From: Lama guanicoe
Lineage: Eukaryota
NCBI GenBank assembly: GCA_013239625.1
Contig: MU056270.1
Span: forward strand, 496,001-560,000
Direction of reading: 5' to 3'
DNA: 64,000 nucleotides
Within the stretch, counting starts at the first letter, position 1; each line of letters starts with the position of its first letter. Under the pieces are notes generated by a model, which did no database searches, had not been told where the DNA came from, and saw nothing but the letters and a program-made list of their open reading frames with translations. The position numbers and the translations under genes were made by a program. Below, piece by piece: positions 1-13,079 of the stretch.

Positions 1-55
1 TCTATTTTTAGTTTTTTGAGGAATCTCCATACTGTTTCCCATCATGGCTGCACAG
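1..55 (-). mobile_element. L1 fragment (end of ORF2/3' region), cut by window edge
   Basis: tctatttttagttttttgaggaatctccatactgtttcccatcatggctgcac matches the familiar antisense L1 3' ORF2 motif. Confidence 0.8.
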
Positions 56-349
56 ATGATTTAATTCTTTTGGCCTAATCACTGTGGTTGATTTCCTTAC
101 TGGAGAGCATTGGTTATCTTTTAAAAATGCGACTAATTATTTCTCTTTTATTTTTCCTTAAATAAAATCAGAAAACAGGCATTATTCAATGCTCTAACAC
201 CAATTAAAATAAATGTGCTCTAAAATGACTACTTACTAGTAGTCGGGGAGATTTGTGAGAGCCTGAAATTCCAACTCCTAGAGAGATTATTAAATAAATT
301 ATTAAAGTTTATATTATAAAAGTTTTAAAGTAGATAAAATATGAGTTTA

Positions 350-640
350 ACAAAGAGCGGTTTGGCAATGTGTATGCTCTTTATTCCAGAAATCCCAGTT
401 CTAAAAATCAGTCCTATGGAAATTATCAGAAATACGGTTAAGGACTTACATCCAAGGATGCCTCCTGAGCGTGATTTATAAAGACAAAGCATTGGAAACA
501 GTTCAAAGATTCATTGTATAATTAAATATTATTGACCCATAAAAGCACGTTTTTGAAGATTTATAACAAAAGTGCTCCCAATACAAGGTTGAACAAAAAG
601 TATTCATGATATAAAAATGCACAGTTCGAGCCCGAGCCCC
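350..640 (+). mobile_element. Very old L1 (L1ME-like) 3' fragment
   Basis: AT-rich; ccagaaatcccagttcta..., caaggatg...gatttataaagacaaagcattggaaaca resemble decayed L1 3' motifs. Confidence 0.5.
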
Positions 641-2589
641 TTACATACTCAGTAAATGAAAATTCTTGGTACAAAACCAAGTGTTTTATATACGTGTGCT
701 CATCTTGCTTAAACGGGAACTGCATTATCACGATATTCTTCTGGTTTTCATTTTTAATGTGACGTAAATGGCGTGCACGTTTCTAGCGTGGGTCCAAGCA
801 CAGAACGTGTACAGGAAGAAGCGCCATCTGTGTGATCAGCCCCGAGCAGACGGGGGTGAGGTCAGGGGAGAAGTGGGCGGCGGGGCCCGGGTGCCCGGGT
901 GGAGAGGCCGGGGCCTCTGGGCTCGGTGCCCCGTCTCTGTGTGAGCAGGCGGGCGATGCGAGGAGAAATGAGGAAGGTTTAGAGGAAACGAGGTGTCAGA
1001 AAAGAGCCTGACTGTGCAGAGCCTTTCGGCCTGCAGGGCTTCGAGGCGGCTGGATACTGAAGCAGAGATCTGAAGGCTCCTTGCATTTAAGTTACCACCA
1101 AAGAGAAGTTTGAACAGCGATGCCAGCGAAACAGAAACAGATGGCTTGGATTTTCTTTGAAAAATAGACAGATCGAGGAGGAAGAAGTTTGGCACAAAAA
1201 TGTGGGGGGTTTGGCCAAGCTGAAGACATTTGAGAAATGGTGTGAAACCCTGGGGAAGCATTAAAGCGCTGGAACACTCCCGGGTGAGGCGATGGGCACG
1301 CAGGCGACGCGGGGACGGGAGACAGGATGTGGCTCCCCCGCGGTCACAGCAAGCGCTTTCTCCGGGCACCTGGACACTGCTGGCCGGCGGTTCTGTCTGT
1401 GCCCCTGAAGTCGCTCCCCAGACTGGAGCGACCCGTGTGACTGCGGCTTCTGAGCCCCTCGCGTCCCCGTCCTGGAGGTCACAGCAGAGATGGTCTCCAC
1501 CTTTCAGGGGCTGAACTTCCCCGGTACTGGTCTCTTCCTGTCCCCGGGACCCTGACACGTTTAGGCTGCCCTTTGTAGACAGCAAGAAACAGAAAAACCT
1601 TCCTTCCACCCCAATGCTCAGTAACAGACAGGAGGTAGGCAAGGGGTGGCGGACCTGACACCACAGTAACCCGCGGCCCCGACAGCAGAACACACGTTCT
1701 CCCCTGTGCACAGGACGCCGTCCCGAATAGACCGGTGGCTAAGGCTCCATAGGTTTTAAAGGCTAGAAGTTATGTACCTTCTGCAGTCACAAGGGATGAA
1801 GTGAGATGTTAACAGTAGGAGGAAACCTGGAAAAGCGCAGGAGTGTGGAAGTTAAACAATATTCTCAATCGGTGGGGCAAAGAGAGCCCCGCGAGGGGGA
1901 TCAGAACATGCTCAGAGATGAAGGAAAATGAAAATGCCGCGTAGGACACCTTCCAGGGAGCTTGCGAGCAGGGCTCCTCGGGAAAGGTGTGCAGTCGGCC
2001 TGCAGGGCCCAGAGATCCTGCATCTGCAGTTTCAGCCAATCAAGGATCGAAAACATTCAGGAAAAAATTCCGGAAACCTCCAAAAAGTAACAATTGCATT
2101 TGCCACACGCTGGCAGCTCCTCACGCAGCATTTACGCTGCATCTCACAAGGCATCCAGAGATGATTTCACCATGCCAGGCCCCCCCCACCATGACGCTCC
2201 TGGTCCAGAAAGCCAACCACAGTGACTGGCAGGAGGCGACCCACCTCTCCCTTCCCACACCCAAATTCCCACCCGTGCTTTAAGGTCACGCGCACAGAGT
2301 GGAGCCGCGAAGCCCCAGGCACCACCCCGGCCCCAGTGAGAGTGCAGCCGTCCCTCTAAGCGATTGGTCCGTGTTGCTTCGTGTCCCTTCCAGGGCCTGG
2401 GTGGCAGAGCTGTTCCTCAAAGTTCCCCGATGGCTTTTGCTGAGATGTGTCCCAAATCGTGATAAAGATCCACAGGGCACTGGCTCAGGCCAGGGAGATG
2501 TCTGCGGGTGCAGCCACAGGGAGGACGGGCCCGGGCGAGCGCCAGGCGCTCCTCAGCCACAGCATCGCTGTCCGGAGACCGACGCACAG

Positions 2590-3122
2590 ACAGCGTGCTG
2601 CGGGGAACTACCCAGGGAGTCAAAATTTACGTCCCAAGGAAAACCGGCACACAGATGTTTGCAGGAGCTTATCCGTAAGCGACAAAACTGGGAAGCAACC
2701 AAGATGTCCTTCAGTAGACAACTAGACAAAGTACAGTGCAGCCAACGGACTCCAACTCAAGAATAAAAAAAAACAAGCTGCCAGGCTGGCGTGAGCGTGG
2801 AGCCTCAGGTGTGCGTGTGACCCGCGAGCTCTGTCGTGGGGGTGGAGAGTTCACAGAGCTCCCCGGAGGCGCGACGCTTCGGTTTGTTTTCAGAGCGAGT
2901 TCTAAGTGTGGTGAGAGAAGGGAACTTTGGCGAGAAGGACCTTATTTAAAGAGAATGTTTCTGAACTGTGGGCTCTGGGGATGGCGTGTCGGGGCAGGTT
3001 TCTGGAGAAAGTCCCCGTGGGGCGGGGGGCCGTGAGTGCCGGGCGGGGGTCCCTGGGCACTCCCGTATTTCTGCTCCATCTTGCTGTGAACCTAAAACTG
3101 CCTCAGAAATAAAGTCTCTTTT
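2590..3122 (+). mobile_element. L1 (L1MC-like) 3' end fragment
   Basis: aaaactgggaagcaaccaagatgtccttcagtag and terminal tgtgaacctaaaactgcctcagaaataaagtc are L1M 3' end hallmarks. Confidence 0.75.
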
Positions 3123-3126
3123 TAGT

Positions 3127-3290
3127 GGAGGAGGGTGTAGCTCAGGGATACAGTGTGTGCTTAGCCTACATGAGGTCCTGGGCTCAAATAATAAATGTTA
3201 AAAAATAAGTAAAATAAAACAGACCTAATTACCTCCCCCACCAAATAAATACATAAATAAAGTAGATTGCACCAAATAAAATAAATGTTC
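3127..3290 (+). mobile_element. tRNA-derived SINE, camelid vic-1-like
   Basis: Head ggaggagggtgtagctcag...gcttagcctacatgaggtcctgggctcaa, then A-rich tail containing acctaattacctccccc. Confidence 0.85.
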
Positions 3291-4369
3291 CAAAATTTTC
3301 TTTGATTAAAAAAATAAGTATATTTTAAAAAGAGAGAGAGAATTTAAACATACAGAAAAGCTCAGGGAAAGGATTTTTTTTTTTTAAAAAAGCCTGGGGC
3401 CTTTCCCCAGAGGCCACAGACCGCCTGGTCAAGGCAGCTGGGGACAGAGTCCCGTGACTCTGGGGAGCGAGGCACCGGCCCCGCACGTTTCAGCCCGGAA
3501 GCTGAGCAGGAGCTCGGGTGCCCTCTCTGTGCCTCGGTCTCCCTCTGCCTGGCAGCGTTTATCTGGCTCGTACCGAGTTACAGCCACCCAGTAACTTAAT
3601 GCAATATTTTGATGTTTTCTAAATACGCAAAACGTGTTGTAACACCGAAGAGGCATGACTCAGTGGGTGCCCCGAGGCCACGGGCGGACTTGTGCAGGGA
3701 ACACGGGCTGGAGAAGGTGGCGAGCGTGGGCGGGCCGGCAGGTGAACGCTAGTCCCTGTGCTTTGTGACAGCTCCATTTAGTTGACAGAGCACCCTGGGG
3801 CCGGAGGACAATGACAGCAAGCCCCTCAGCTTCTGTGTGAGAGAGTTCGCGGTGACAGCAAAAGGCAGAAGCGACGTCCACACTTTGCGAGTGGAGCCCC
3901 ACTCCCTGCAGGACAGCGCCCACGCTGAGCCTTCGGCCGCCCCTCTCCCCACCCGAGTCGCAGACACGACCACCAGGTTTCCCTGGATCCTCTCCACTTC
4001 CTTCTAAGGTTACCCGTGTGGAGGGACAGGGTCTCCTGCGGCTGCGGCGGACCCTGTAGGGGGACCGCCGGGTGTCTGGGGCCTCACTCCCCTGCTGGGC
4101 AGCAGACCCTCTGCCTGAACCATGACCCCCAGTCCAGGAAGAACACTGACTCCTTCCAGGAGGTCATCGCCTGCACTCACCACCCCACCGTAGCCTCTCC
4201 AGCATCTTCACCCCATCTCTCCCAGCTCCTTCCTTCCTGGCTGGAGACGTTCTCAAGCCTCTTGTCAGAGCAGTTTTGGTTTTGGCTTTCTTCTTGAGAC
4301 CCTGCCCACTGCCCTCGTCCACGGTCAGGCGTCCAGCAGCCTGACGCACAGTCTCAAGGCTCAAGCATC

Positions 4370-6340
4370 CTTTTTTGTTGGTAAACCACTTTTCTGAGAT
4401 CTAATTTACATACTGTGCCATTCACTCATTTCAAGAGTGCAACTTCAGTGGTTTTTAGTATATTCACAGATACACAATTTTAGAACATTTTCAGCACCTC
4501 AAGGGGACCCCCGTACCCTTGGTTGCAGCCCTTCGTCCCCCCACGTCTCTGCTGCAGCCACAGCAGCCTGTTTGTCTCTGTGGGTTTCTGAGTCTGCACG
4601 TTTCCCCATTCTGCCTTCCGTATGGACGAATCACGCAGTACGTGGTGTCTTGAGACCGGCTTCTTTATTCGGCATAATGTTCCTGAGGTTCACCACGTGC
4701 AGAACGTCCCAGCACTCTATTCCTTTGCTCCGTCCCGGAAACATGCCTGAGCTTTTTAGCTCCACCAGTTGGTGGACGTTTTCGATTATTTCCGCCTCTG
4801 GCCTGTTCTGAATAACGCTGCTATGAACGCGCACGAGCAAGTTCTGTGTGGGTGTGTGTTTTCATTCCTCTTGGGTGTGCACCGAGGAGTGGGCTCCCCG
4901 GGCCATAGGTAACCCCACGTTCAACCTCTTGAGGAAAGGCCAGACTGCTTCCCAGAGGGGCCGCGTTTTGCATTCCCTCCCGCGGTGCACGAGGGCTCTG
5001 ACTGGCCACCTCCTCGTCCTGATCCCGGGATGCGAAGTCACCTCCCGTTACGGTTTTGATTTCCATTTCTCTGATGACTGACAGGTCCAAGCACCCTTCG
5101 TGTGCTTCCTGGCCGTTTGTACGTCCTCCTTACAGAAGTGTCTGTCCAGACCTTTGGCCCGTTTTTCGCTGGGCTGCCTTCTTGCTACTGAGTGGCGAGT
5201 GCTCTTTGGGCAACCGGGGCGTCACCTGCCATCAGACGTGGGTTTGCGGGCGCCTTCTCCCATCCCGCGTGCTGCCGCTCCACTTTCCTCACGGCGTCCT
5301 TTGAAGCACACGTTCTGACGCTGATGAAGTCGACTGTCTCGGCTTCCTGTCGACGTTCATGCTTTTCCGCGTTGCACGTGAGAACCCTTTCCAAGTACAA
5401 GGCGATGGACGCTTGTCCTGATGTTTCCTTCTGAGATCTGTGCGCTTCAGCTGCTGCACTTGGGCTGTTAATCCACTTTGAGTTACCTTTTGCACGTGCT
5501 CTGAAGCACGGGTCTGACTTCATCCTTTGCTTCGGCTATCCCCTTGTCCAGAGCCATTTGTTTGAAAGGTGACCTTTCTCTCATTGAGTGGTCTTGAAGC
5601 AGGTGTCAGGACTTGCTGACCACAGGTGTGTGGGTTTGCTTCCGGACTCTTGGTCCTGGTACGTCCACCTGTGTGTCTGTCCTTGTGCTGGCGTGAGGGT
5701 GTCTTGGCTGCTGTTGGCTTTAAGAGAGTCTTGAAATCAGCAAGTGTGGGTCTTCCTACTTCGTTCCTCTTTTTCAGGATTTTGGACTATTCTTGGTTCT
5801 TTGACACCCAATGTAACTTTTACAATCACCTCATTGACTTCTGCAAAGAAGGCGGCTGGGGTTCTGATGGGGGTTGTGTATCTGAGGATGCGTGTGTGGA
5901 ATATCGCCACCTGAACAGTGCTAAGTCCTACATTGTGTGAACATGAGGGTTTTTTTAGATTTTCTTTAATTCCTTCAGCAATGCTTTGAAGATTTCAGTG
6001 TATAAGCTTAGTACCTGTTTTGTTAAATTTATTCTTAAGTATTTTACCCTTTTTTTTTTGGAGAGAGTAAGTAATTAAAATTAAAAAAAAATTTTAATGG
6101 AGGTACTGGGGACTGAACGCAGGGCCGCCTGCACGCCAAGCCCGTGGTCTACGCTGAGCAGCCCCCTCCCCACCAATATTTTACTCTTTTTGACGCTAAT
6201 GTGAACGCCGTGCTCTCTGTTTTGTTTTCAGGTTGCTCACTGCAAATGTGTAGAAATACAGTGGAGTTTTGTGTCCTGATGTTGCATCACACAATCTTGC
6301 TGAATTCATTTGTTTTTTCACTCTTAGTAGTTTTTTAGTG
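4370..6340 (-). mobile_element. L1 (L1MB/L1MC-like) 3' UTR and distal ORF2, decayed, interrupted by a SINE
   Basis: Continuous antisense L1 motifs (gtggtttttagtatattcacag; ggttttgatttccatttctctgatgact; tttgttaaatttattcttaagtatttt); no intact ORF. Confidence 0.85.
6050..6172 (-). mobile_element. tRNA-derived SINE, camelid vic-1-like, with target-site duplication
   Basis: Antisense of SINE head (atggaggtactggggactgaac...ctgagcagccccctcccc); flanking near-identical tattttac(c/t)cttttt at 6040-6054 and 6177-6191. Confidence 0.85.
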
Positions 6341-6349
6341 TATTTGTGG

Positions 6350-7330
6350 GATTAATGCTGAAAATCGAACAGAAATGTCTGAATCAACTTTGTTAGAACT
6401 TTAAAAGATAGTCAGAAGTTCACAGCCACCAGGCGAACACTGAGTCAGGAGAAAGGCAACGCAGAAGCAGCCGAGCGCAGGCGGGAGGTGAGGACTGAGG
6501 CAGAGCCGCGGGCAGGCCGGCCGGCTGGGCGCCTGAGGAGCCCCAGGGCGTGAGCGATCCGCACAAACTGGGAGAGGCCCCCTTTCTCGCTTTCGTTTTT
6601 TTTCTTTTTTTTTTTTTTTGGCTTCAGATGTTCAAAGGAATATCTGTGAAAACACTAGGTGACCACAAACTAAAGGAGCAGAGACTTCAGAGACTACAGA
6701 TGGCAAAGAATATGGGCTATAAGAATAGTTTAGAAGATCAGTAACCCTAAGGAAAGCAAAGAAACTAACCCTGCAGTGGGAGAAATCTGACATCCAGAGC
6801 CGACGCATTGCCGTATTCACAGTGCCCGTTTTCAACCAAAAGGCGTGACGTATGCAGAGAGACAATAAAACAGGGGGCCCACTCACAGGACAGAGGGGCA
6901 GAAACGTGTCTGCCGGACGCACAGACACTGGACGTACCAGGCAGACGCCGTAAATCGCCTGCTCTAAGTAGGCACTCAGGAAGCACAGTCAGGGCTAGGG
7001 AACGCCGGAGAACAGTGTCCACAAACACAGACCGTTCAGAACGAGGGTTACGAGAAAGTAACCAAGCCAATTCTGGGGCAAAGAGGAAAACGACTGAAAT
7101 GAAAAGTCCATGCAAGGTTTCAGAAGTGCCTTTGAGCAGCAGAGGAAACAAACGCATTTAAAGACGGTTGAGACGGTCCAGTCTGAACAGCAGGATCCAA
7201 GAAGAATGATGGGGACGGACAGAGCCAGAGACCCGTGGGGCCCCGCCCAGCACGTCAGAACGGGCGCCTCAGGAGCAGGCAGAGAAAGGGGCTGGGGGCC
7301 CCGAGGCACAGAGCCGAGGGATGCGGGGCA
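6350..7330 (+). mobile_element. Old L1 5' region/ORF1 fragment
   Basis: aatctgacatccagag..., cagacactggacgtaccaggcagac, acgactgaaatgaaaagtcca...gagacggtccagtctgaacagcag...cagagacccgtggg resemble decayed L1M ORF1. Confidence 0.65.
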
Positions 7331-7489
7331 GGTGGCGGGGAGGGGCTCCAGGAGCCTCACCCGCCGGACACAGTTGCGCAGGCAGCATCTGTCTGGCGTC
7401 CCTGTCACCGGGCTCTAGGCCCTGCTGAAGGGGAAGGCTTGGACGGCCCCTGACGACAGGACTGCCTTAGGCAGGCACTCGAAGAAGGC

Positions 7490-7697
7490 ACCTCTAGTCG
7501 CGTGGACGCATCTTCCAAGCAGTAGCGAGCCGTCCAGCCCTGCCGTCGAGGAAACTAAGCGGCGCCAAGTCCTCTGACCGCCAGCTCTGACTTCCTCTTC
7601 AGAAACATGCTTGACAACAGCGGCAGGAATGCCGAGCCGCTCCCATTGGTAGAACATCCCCTCATTTTAGACTCTGGGTCTATAGTCTGCCCCTGAA
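7490..7697 (-). other. Candidate second exon of an unidentified minus-strand transcript (3' boundary uncertain)
   Basis: Minus strand: branch point CACTAAC (7731-7725), then cctttcAG ending 7698; two ATGs follow but neither peptide is recognisable. Confidence 0.4.
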
Positions 7698-8133
7698 CTG
7701 AAAGGCAACGTTTCTCAAAACCACGTTAGTGTTTTCAGAGCTGCGCCCACGAGAGCACCGGGAGGGGCCCTGGACATGCGCAGACGCACCACCTGCCCTC
7801 CTGCTCGGGCCACACGTTTCTGCCACTGGAGTCCTGCTTGACAGAAATTGATTTTTGAAGTTAGCAAAGATAATTTTTACCAATCCGGAAGACTCCTCCA
7901 GCAGACCTGCGACCACAGGGCAAGTCTGAGTGGGTGTCAGACCCACCACTCACGCCCTCGGACCGCCCCAGGGGATTTTGCTCTCACCTTTTTGGAAAAC
8001 AAACAAACAAAACCGAAACCCTGCTGTGGACTTTCTCAAAGAGCTCCGAGTTCTAACCTGCCCCCCAGCCACACCCACTCTTCACTTAGAAAATGCGAGG
8101 CCTTTCTCAGGAGCTGAATCGTGCTGCCCTGAG

Positions 8134-8177
8134 GGGCCCCAGGGGAGAAGTGGCCGGGCCCCAGGGGAGAAGTGGCC
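8134..8177. repeat. 22-bp perfect tandem duplication
   Basis: gggccccaggggagaagtggcc x2. Confidence 0.9.
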
Positions 8178-9169
8178 ATGCCCCCCTGTGGTCAGGTCAC
8201 GTGGGCCACTCTAGACCAGGAGCTGGCCCCGAGGTGAGGTGCTCGGGGCCCCTCCTGGTCTGCACCTGTCCTCATCTCGGGGGCGCCGGGGGAAGGTCGG
8301 GGCCAAGCCTGCCTCCCACAGCCCCATCCTCCCTGGGCACCTCCACTCCGCCTCCCTGCTCTGCGTCTGAGCCTCTCTGGACAATACACCCTAGGTCCTC
8401 TGAACACCTCTTGCCTGACCCCCACCCCAGCCCATCTGCAGATTTACCAGGGGAGGAATTCCACAACAGCTCCTAAAAGCAGAAACCACCAACCTTCTTC
8501 TCAAACAAGAGACAAACACATTCTGTAGGATTAGGGATGGAATTAGAGAACGTGACGTGTGGGCGGGGGACGGGGTACCCAGGTCGCTGCTCTGCAGAGC
8601 TGGGGACCTCGTCTCACCTGGGGGGTGGGTGGCAACTGCCAGGACCATTCAGACCCTGTTGCCCTGAAATCTGGTTGTGCAAAAGCTGATTAAAATACCG
8701 AGGCTGTGGAGGAGGGGAGACGTCCTTTGCTAAAAGCAGACGCTGTCCCATTTGCTGCCCTGGGATTGGCTGCAGGGCCCTGCTCCACGTTCATGGTGGG
8801 AAGGACCACCGTGGCTTCCCTGAAGCTCTGGTGTTCAGGGGTCACTTGAGCTTTGAAAACACGCAGATTTCTTCTGAAGTCAAACCCTTGGAGGAGGGCG
8901 GGTCTCTACCACTGTTTTCAAAAGGTTGGGAGGGAGAAACGCTGTCTTCGGGTAAGGATTCCAGTCAGTCTGGTTCCAGACCAGCGATGTTTGTGTAAGC
9001 ATCTGAGGGTCAGATGGCTGGTGGGGCGCCCGCCTCCCTCACAGCCTTCTGATGTTGCCGCGCCCCCCACTAACCATGCCGTGGAATGTTCTAGCGTAAA
9101 CTCCACGATGAAACCCAAACAAGCAGTGACTGGGTCTAGAGACCAGAACACGGGGCCAAGAACGCGAAG

Positions 9170-9810
9170 GCGAGCTGGTTCTCAGTAGTCCGCGCGATAC
9201 CCAGACCCCGCGGCTGCGGGGGAGCTGGGGCGGGGCGGGGACACGGGGACCCTGCGGCCCAGACGCGTCTGCCGCCGTGTCCGCTGACCTCGAATCTCTC
9301 CCAGCCAGTGCGGCTTCTCCCCTGGTTGGTGCGGCTTCAGCTCAGCTCCTGGGAGTCCCGGGAGACAGCGGTTCTGCAGCCCCGACGTTAACACCAAGCT
9401 GGCCCCGGCTCTGCCCCACACGGCCCCCCTGCGAGCTCTCTCTGAAACGCGGGGAAGCGCGTAGACAGCGCCTCTCCGCCGCAGGCGCGATTTCCGGCCG
9501 TGGAAGCAAGCACAAGCTGAGTCAGAACAGCCACATGCAGATCTGAAGCAAGGGCGACAGTCTCCCTTCTCCCTGCGCACCTTAATTTCATGGAAATGTG
9601 TGCAGCAGAGGGAGGTGCGCTCCGCGCCAGCTTGATCGCACATTCTCTGGGGCTAGGGACGTGGTAAACGGGCAAGAGACGGCCTGGAAGGGTGGGGCTT
9701 TGGAGAAAAACTCAACCGAGTCGGCGCTGTGCCGGGGAAGACGCCGCCTGCTGGAAAACGTCACGGAAGGAAAGAGAGCCTTGAGCTTTGCCACTTTGCA
9801 CGTCAAGCGG
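9170..9810 (-). promoter_or_regulatory. CpG-island-like promoter with candidate non-coding first exon (donor after 9289)
   Basis: Dense CpG; tandem GC boxes ggggcggggcgggg 9227-9240; ETS-type atttccgg 9490-9497; NRF1-like cgcaggcgc 9480-9488; minus-strand donor GAG|GTCAGC at 9289/9288. Confidence 0.55.
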
Positions 9811-10179
9811 AACAAGCCGGGGGGAGACCCAAATGTGGGGAAGGAGGCTTGGGACTAGAAGGACCAGCGGCTCCTGGGCCCCAAACCCCAGGTCCCGACT
9901 AGCCCGCGGGGCCAGCCCCTCAGTCCTCGCCGTCAGCTGCTGCTTCAAAGGCTAGGTTTTCCTTAAAACAGTGCTCCGAGCCAAAAGGAGCAGCCAGAAA
10001 ACTAGAGCACTGTGAGTCACATATTTGTTTTTTCCAACCAGACCATCTTGGGTACTTTTCTCCTCCACTAACCAGACCAGCTTGCAACCCTAGACTCTGC
10101 AAGAGGGAAGCAACACTTTCAAATTTCTGTGAGGCACCCGTTCTACCAAAAGCGTTATTTCAGATGCTGTTTTTTTACC

Positions 10180-10560
10180 TAGATTTTAATTTTTATATGT
10201 TTTTTATCATTTCATTTTAGAACTACTTCAGATTTACAAAAAAGTCACAGAGACCAGATGAAGAACCTCTGTGTGTCTGTCCTCCAGCTTTTCCAAGCAT
10301 TAGCACCTTCCCCAACCTCAGCGCCGCGGGCAAAGCCAGCAAGCTGACTAGTCTGTAGACCGTGGGCACACTCTGCCCTTTCCTGGCCCAGGACCCGTCC
10401 CGGGTGACACCTGCCCTGAGGGACCCCATCTGCGGAGTCCCGGGAGCTGCCTTGGCCTCTGCCTTTACTGACAAGGATGCTTGTGAGGTTCTGGGGGGAA
10501 GGCTCCAGGCCTGAGTTTATCTGCTGTTTCGTGGGTCATGTCAGGAGAAGATGTGGTTCT
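10180..10560 (-). mobile_element. L1 (L1MC4-like) 3' end fragment
   Basis: ttcattttagaactacttcagatttacaaaaaagtcacag...ccagcttttccaagcattagcacc is a typical antisense L1MC terminus. Confidence 0.55.
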
Positions 10561-13079
10561 AACAAGTCATGTTTGCAGACAGCACACACCTGGGGGTGAG
10601 CCGGGGCCCGGAACACAGTCCTGGGACATACTGCAGGGACCGGCGCAGTCGTGGTCGCTGACATCCGGGTCAGACTCGGCAGACCCCGCCTGCCCCTCCA
10701 CCGGTCTCCCTCGCTTGCTCCCTCTCGTCCCCGACTCCCTCCTGAGGATGCCTCCCTGGCCCGAAAGAGAGAAAGAGGGAGAGAAAGAGAGTGAAGGAGA
10801 GAGAGAGAAAGCAAGCGGGGTCTCTGCTCCCAGCTACACACCGTCCGCCCCCACTTTGCCCAGAGGTCGTCTGGCTCTGCTCGGCGGTCCCCATCCACCC
10901 ACCCCGTCACTGAGCCCCAGGGACTCTCCTCCGGTCTCTGAGGGCCCTTCACGACCTCCGCAGGCTCCTCTCCTTCGCCTTGTCTCTAAATGTCCTTCCC
11001 TGGGGAAGGAGCCTCCTCGTGGCTTCTACGTGTGTCCTCCAGGGGTGGGGGGTCTCCTCTGCCCCCCACAAGGAGGTGTCCTCACAGGACACCCGTAGCC
11101 CCTGCAGTTTCCAGTCTTGGCACTTCCCTCCCCTCTGCCACGACGTGCCGGGTCGCAGGGGCTTCCTACACGACCCTCTGTCTTTACTTCCAGCAGCTTC
11201 TCACCTTGTTCAGACACTGGCCTCTTTTCTGTCTCATCATCACCTTGAGATTTGGGATGAAGATACAGAGGGAGAAGAACGAGGAGGGGCAGCCAAGGAG
11301 GAGAAGTGGGGGAGGGAGGGAGGGAGGCGCCAGCGATGGATTTGTTTTAAGACTTTACTTTTAAGGGCAGTTTCAGGTTCGCAACAGAAAGGGGTTCTGT
11401 GTTAGAAGCTCATTTAGAGATTCCAAGGAGCTGTGTTACAGTGCTTGAAATGCTTTCATAGGCTCAAAATAGAGTTAAATTAATCAGAAGACAGATTTGT
11501 TCCTTAAAGAAATAACTGCTCGAAATAGCTCTGTGTTTTGCAATTCTTACCCGTGTTTAACAGCAGTTTGAGTTACTCTTTTACCCTAGTGAGTCATTGT
11601 CCGAGAGGGAAAAAGGAGATGGAGCAGAGAGCCTTCAAACTCGGTCTTCAAACTGGGGAAGCGGGAGCGAGTTCATCACCAGAGGCTTTTCCAGGTGGGG
11701 GTGAAGGAGTCAGGGCAGGGGAGGTGATCTGGGGTCCGTCCTCAGCCTGTTGTAGGGCGAGTACAAGAGGGTGGCGGGGAAAGGCGGGCAGCGGAGAGCG
11801 GGAGGCCGCAAGGCTGGGGCACCGTCCTTGAGAACAGCCGATGCCTCCAGGGCGGGAACGTTCCAGTTCATCCTCAACAGCGAAGGCTCACAGCCACGCA
11901 GCCTCCTCACTGCTAACTGCTGTCTGTGTCCACTCGGCAGGCCTTGCTCTGTGCAGACGGGCCCTCCGGGCTCTGCAGGCTCCGGCTGACCGCCGGCCAG
12001 TGCAGGGCCGTATGTGAGCTGGGGCGTGGCTGCTGCAGGGGCCACCCGTCACCCCCACCAGGAGCAGCGACCCTTCTAACTGGGGTTCATCCCAGCGGAG
12101 GACAAGCTATGGTTCCCCTTAGACGTAGGACTCACTCAGGATATTTAACTGGACCTTAAATAGGCGATTCTGGAGGAGGTGCTGCATTTATTAGGGCCCA
12201 TCCATCCTCGTAAATCTCATGGGGCTCACGCGGCGCAGTCCCAGGCGGCCACCTCCCCAAGCCCCACTCGGCAGTCAACGGAGTCCGAATGCTTTTTTTC
12301 ATATGTAAGAAGCTAATGGATTTGGCCAAGTTACCCATTAAGGGGCCAAGCGTGGACTCTGTTTACTTCTGCAGGGAAAGGGCCGGGGCACTTGCTCTGG
12401 GACACGGTCAGCTTGCCCAGCCGGGTTGTGGCTATCTGCTGTTGAGTGGGTGTAGCCCTCAGTTTGACGAGGGACCCATCGCTGATCCAGGTGTGAGACA
12501 GATGGTCCCCTCAGACCCACGACTGGCCACACCCAACTGCGGGCAGCCACCCGGCCCCTGGCGGACAGTCGGAGGAGGACACAGTCAGGCAGGGGGTGCT
12601 GACCGGGGCGGGGCTCCTCTGAAAAGCGAACGCTGCGTCCGGACCTTGGGGCCTCTTCCCAGCCCTGAGCCATCGCCCCCATTCGTCTCAGGTTGTCCCA
12701 AGTTTCCGGAGTCCTCCCTCCTTTCAGGCACTTTCCCCAGACCCCTGGGTCCCACCTCAGGGCCCACTGCGTTTTGCTTTGACTCCTGCTCCGACCCGCA
12801 CACGCCCAGAGCCGCAGGGAGCGTCTCCTCGCGGCCTGTGGCTCCCCGCTATGCGCCCACAGGTGGAGCCACTGAATGCCGTCACTTTCACTGTGTGTCC
12901 TGCTGGACATTGAGGTCATCTCTTCTCTCGGCTTCATGAACCAGCACCTTCTGGTGCGTTTCCCGGCTCCCGGGCTCCCAGGCCGCCAGCTCCAAAGCAG
13001 ACAGTCACAGCGGCACCGAGAGCGCTCCCCGCGCCAAGTCCAAGTGCGACCTTACATGTATCTCTGTCCTACAAACAGC

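Noticed and set aside
821-835. Isolated CTCF-like motifs (also near 12856 and 47670)
   Set aside because: Partial matches only, and common by chance in GC-rich sequence without a matrix scan.
7590-7670. LLSSMFL peptide recalling UNC93A
   Set aside because: Seven-residue coincidence; flanking residues do not match and the frame stops shortly after.
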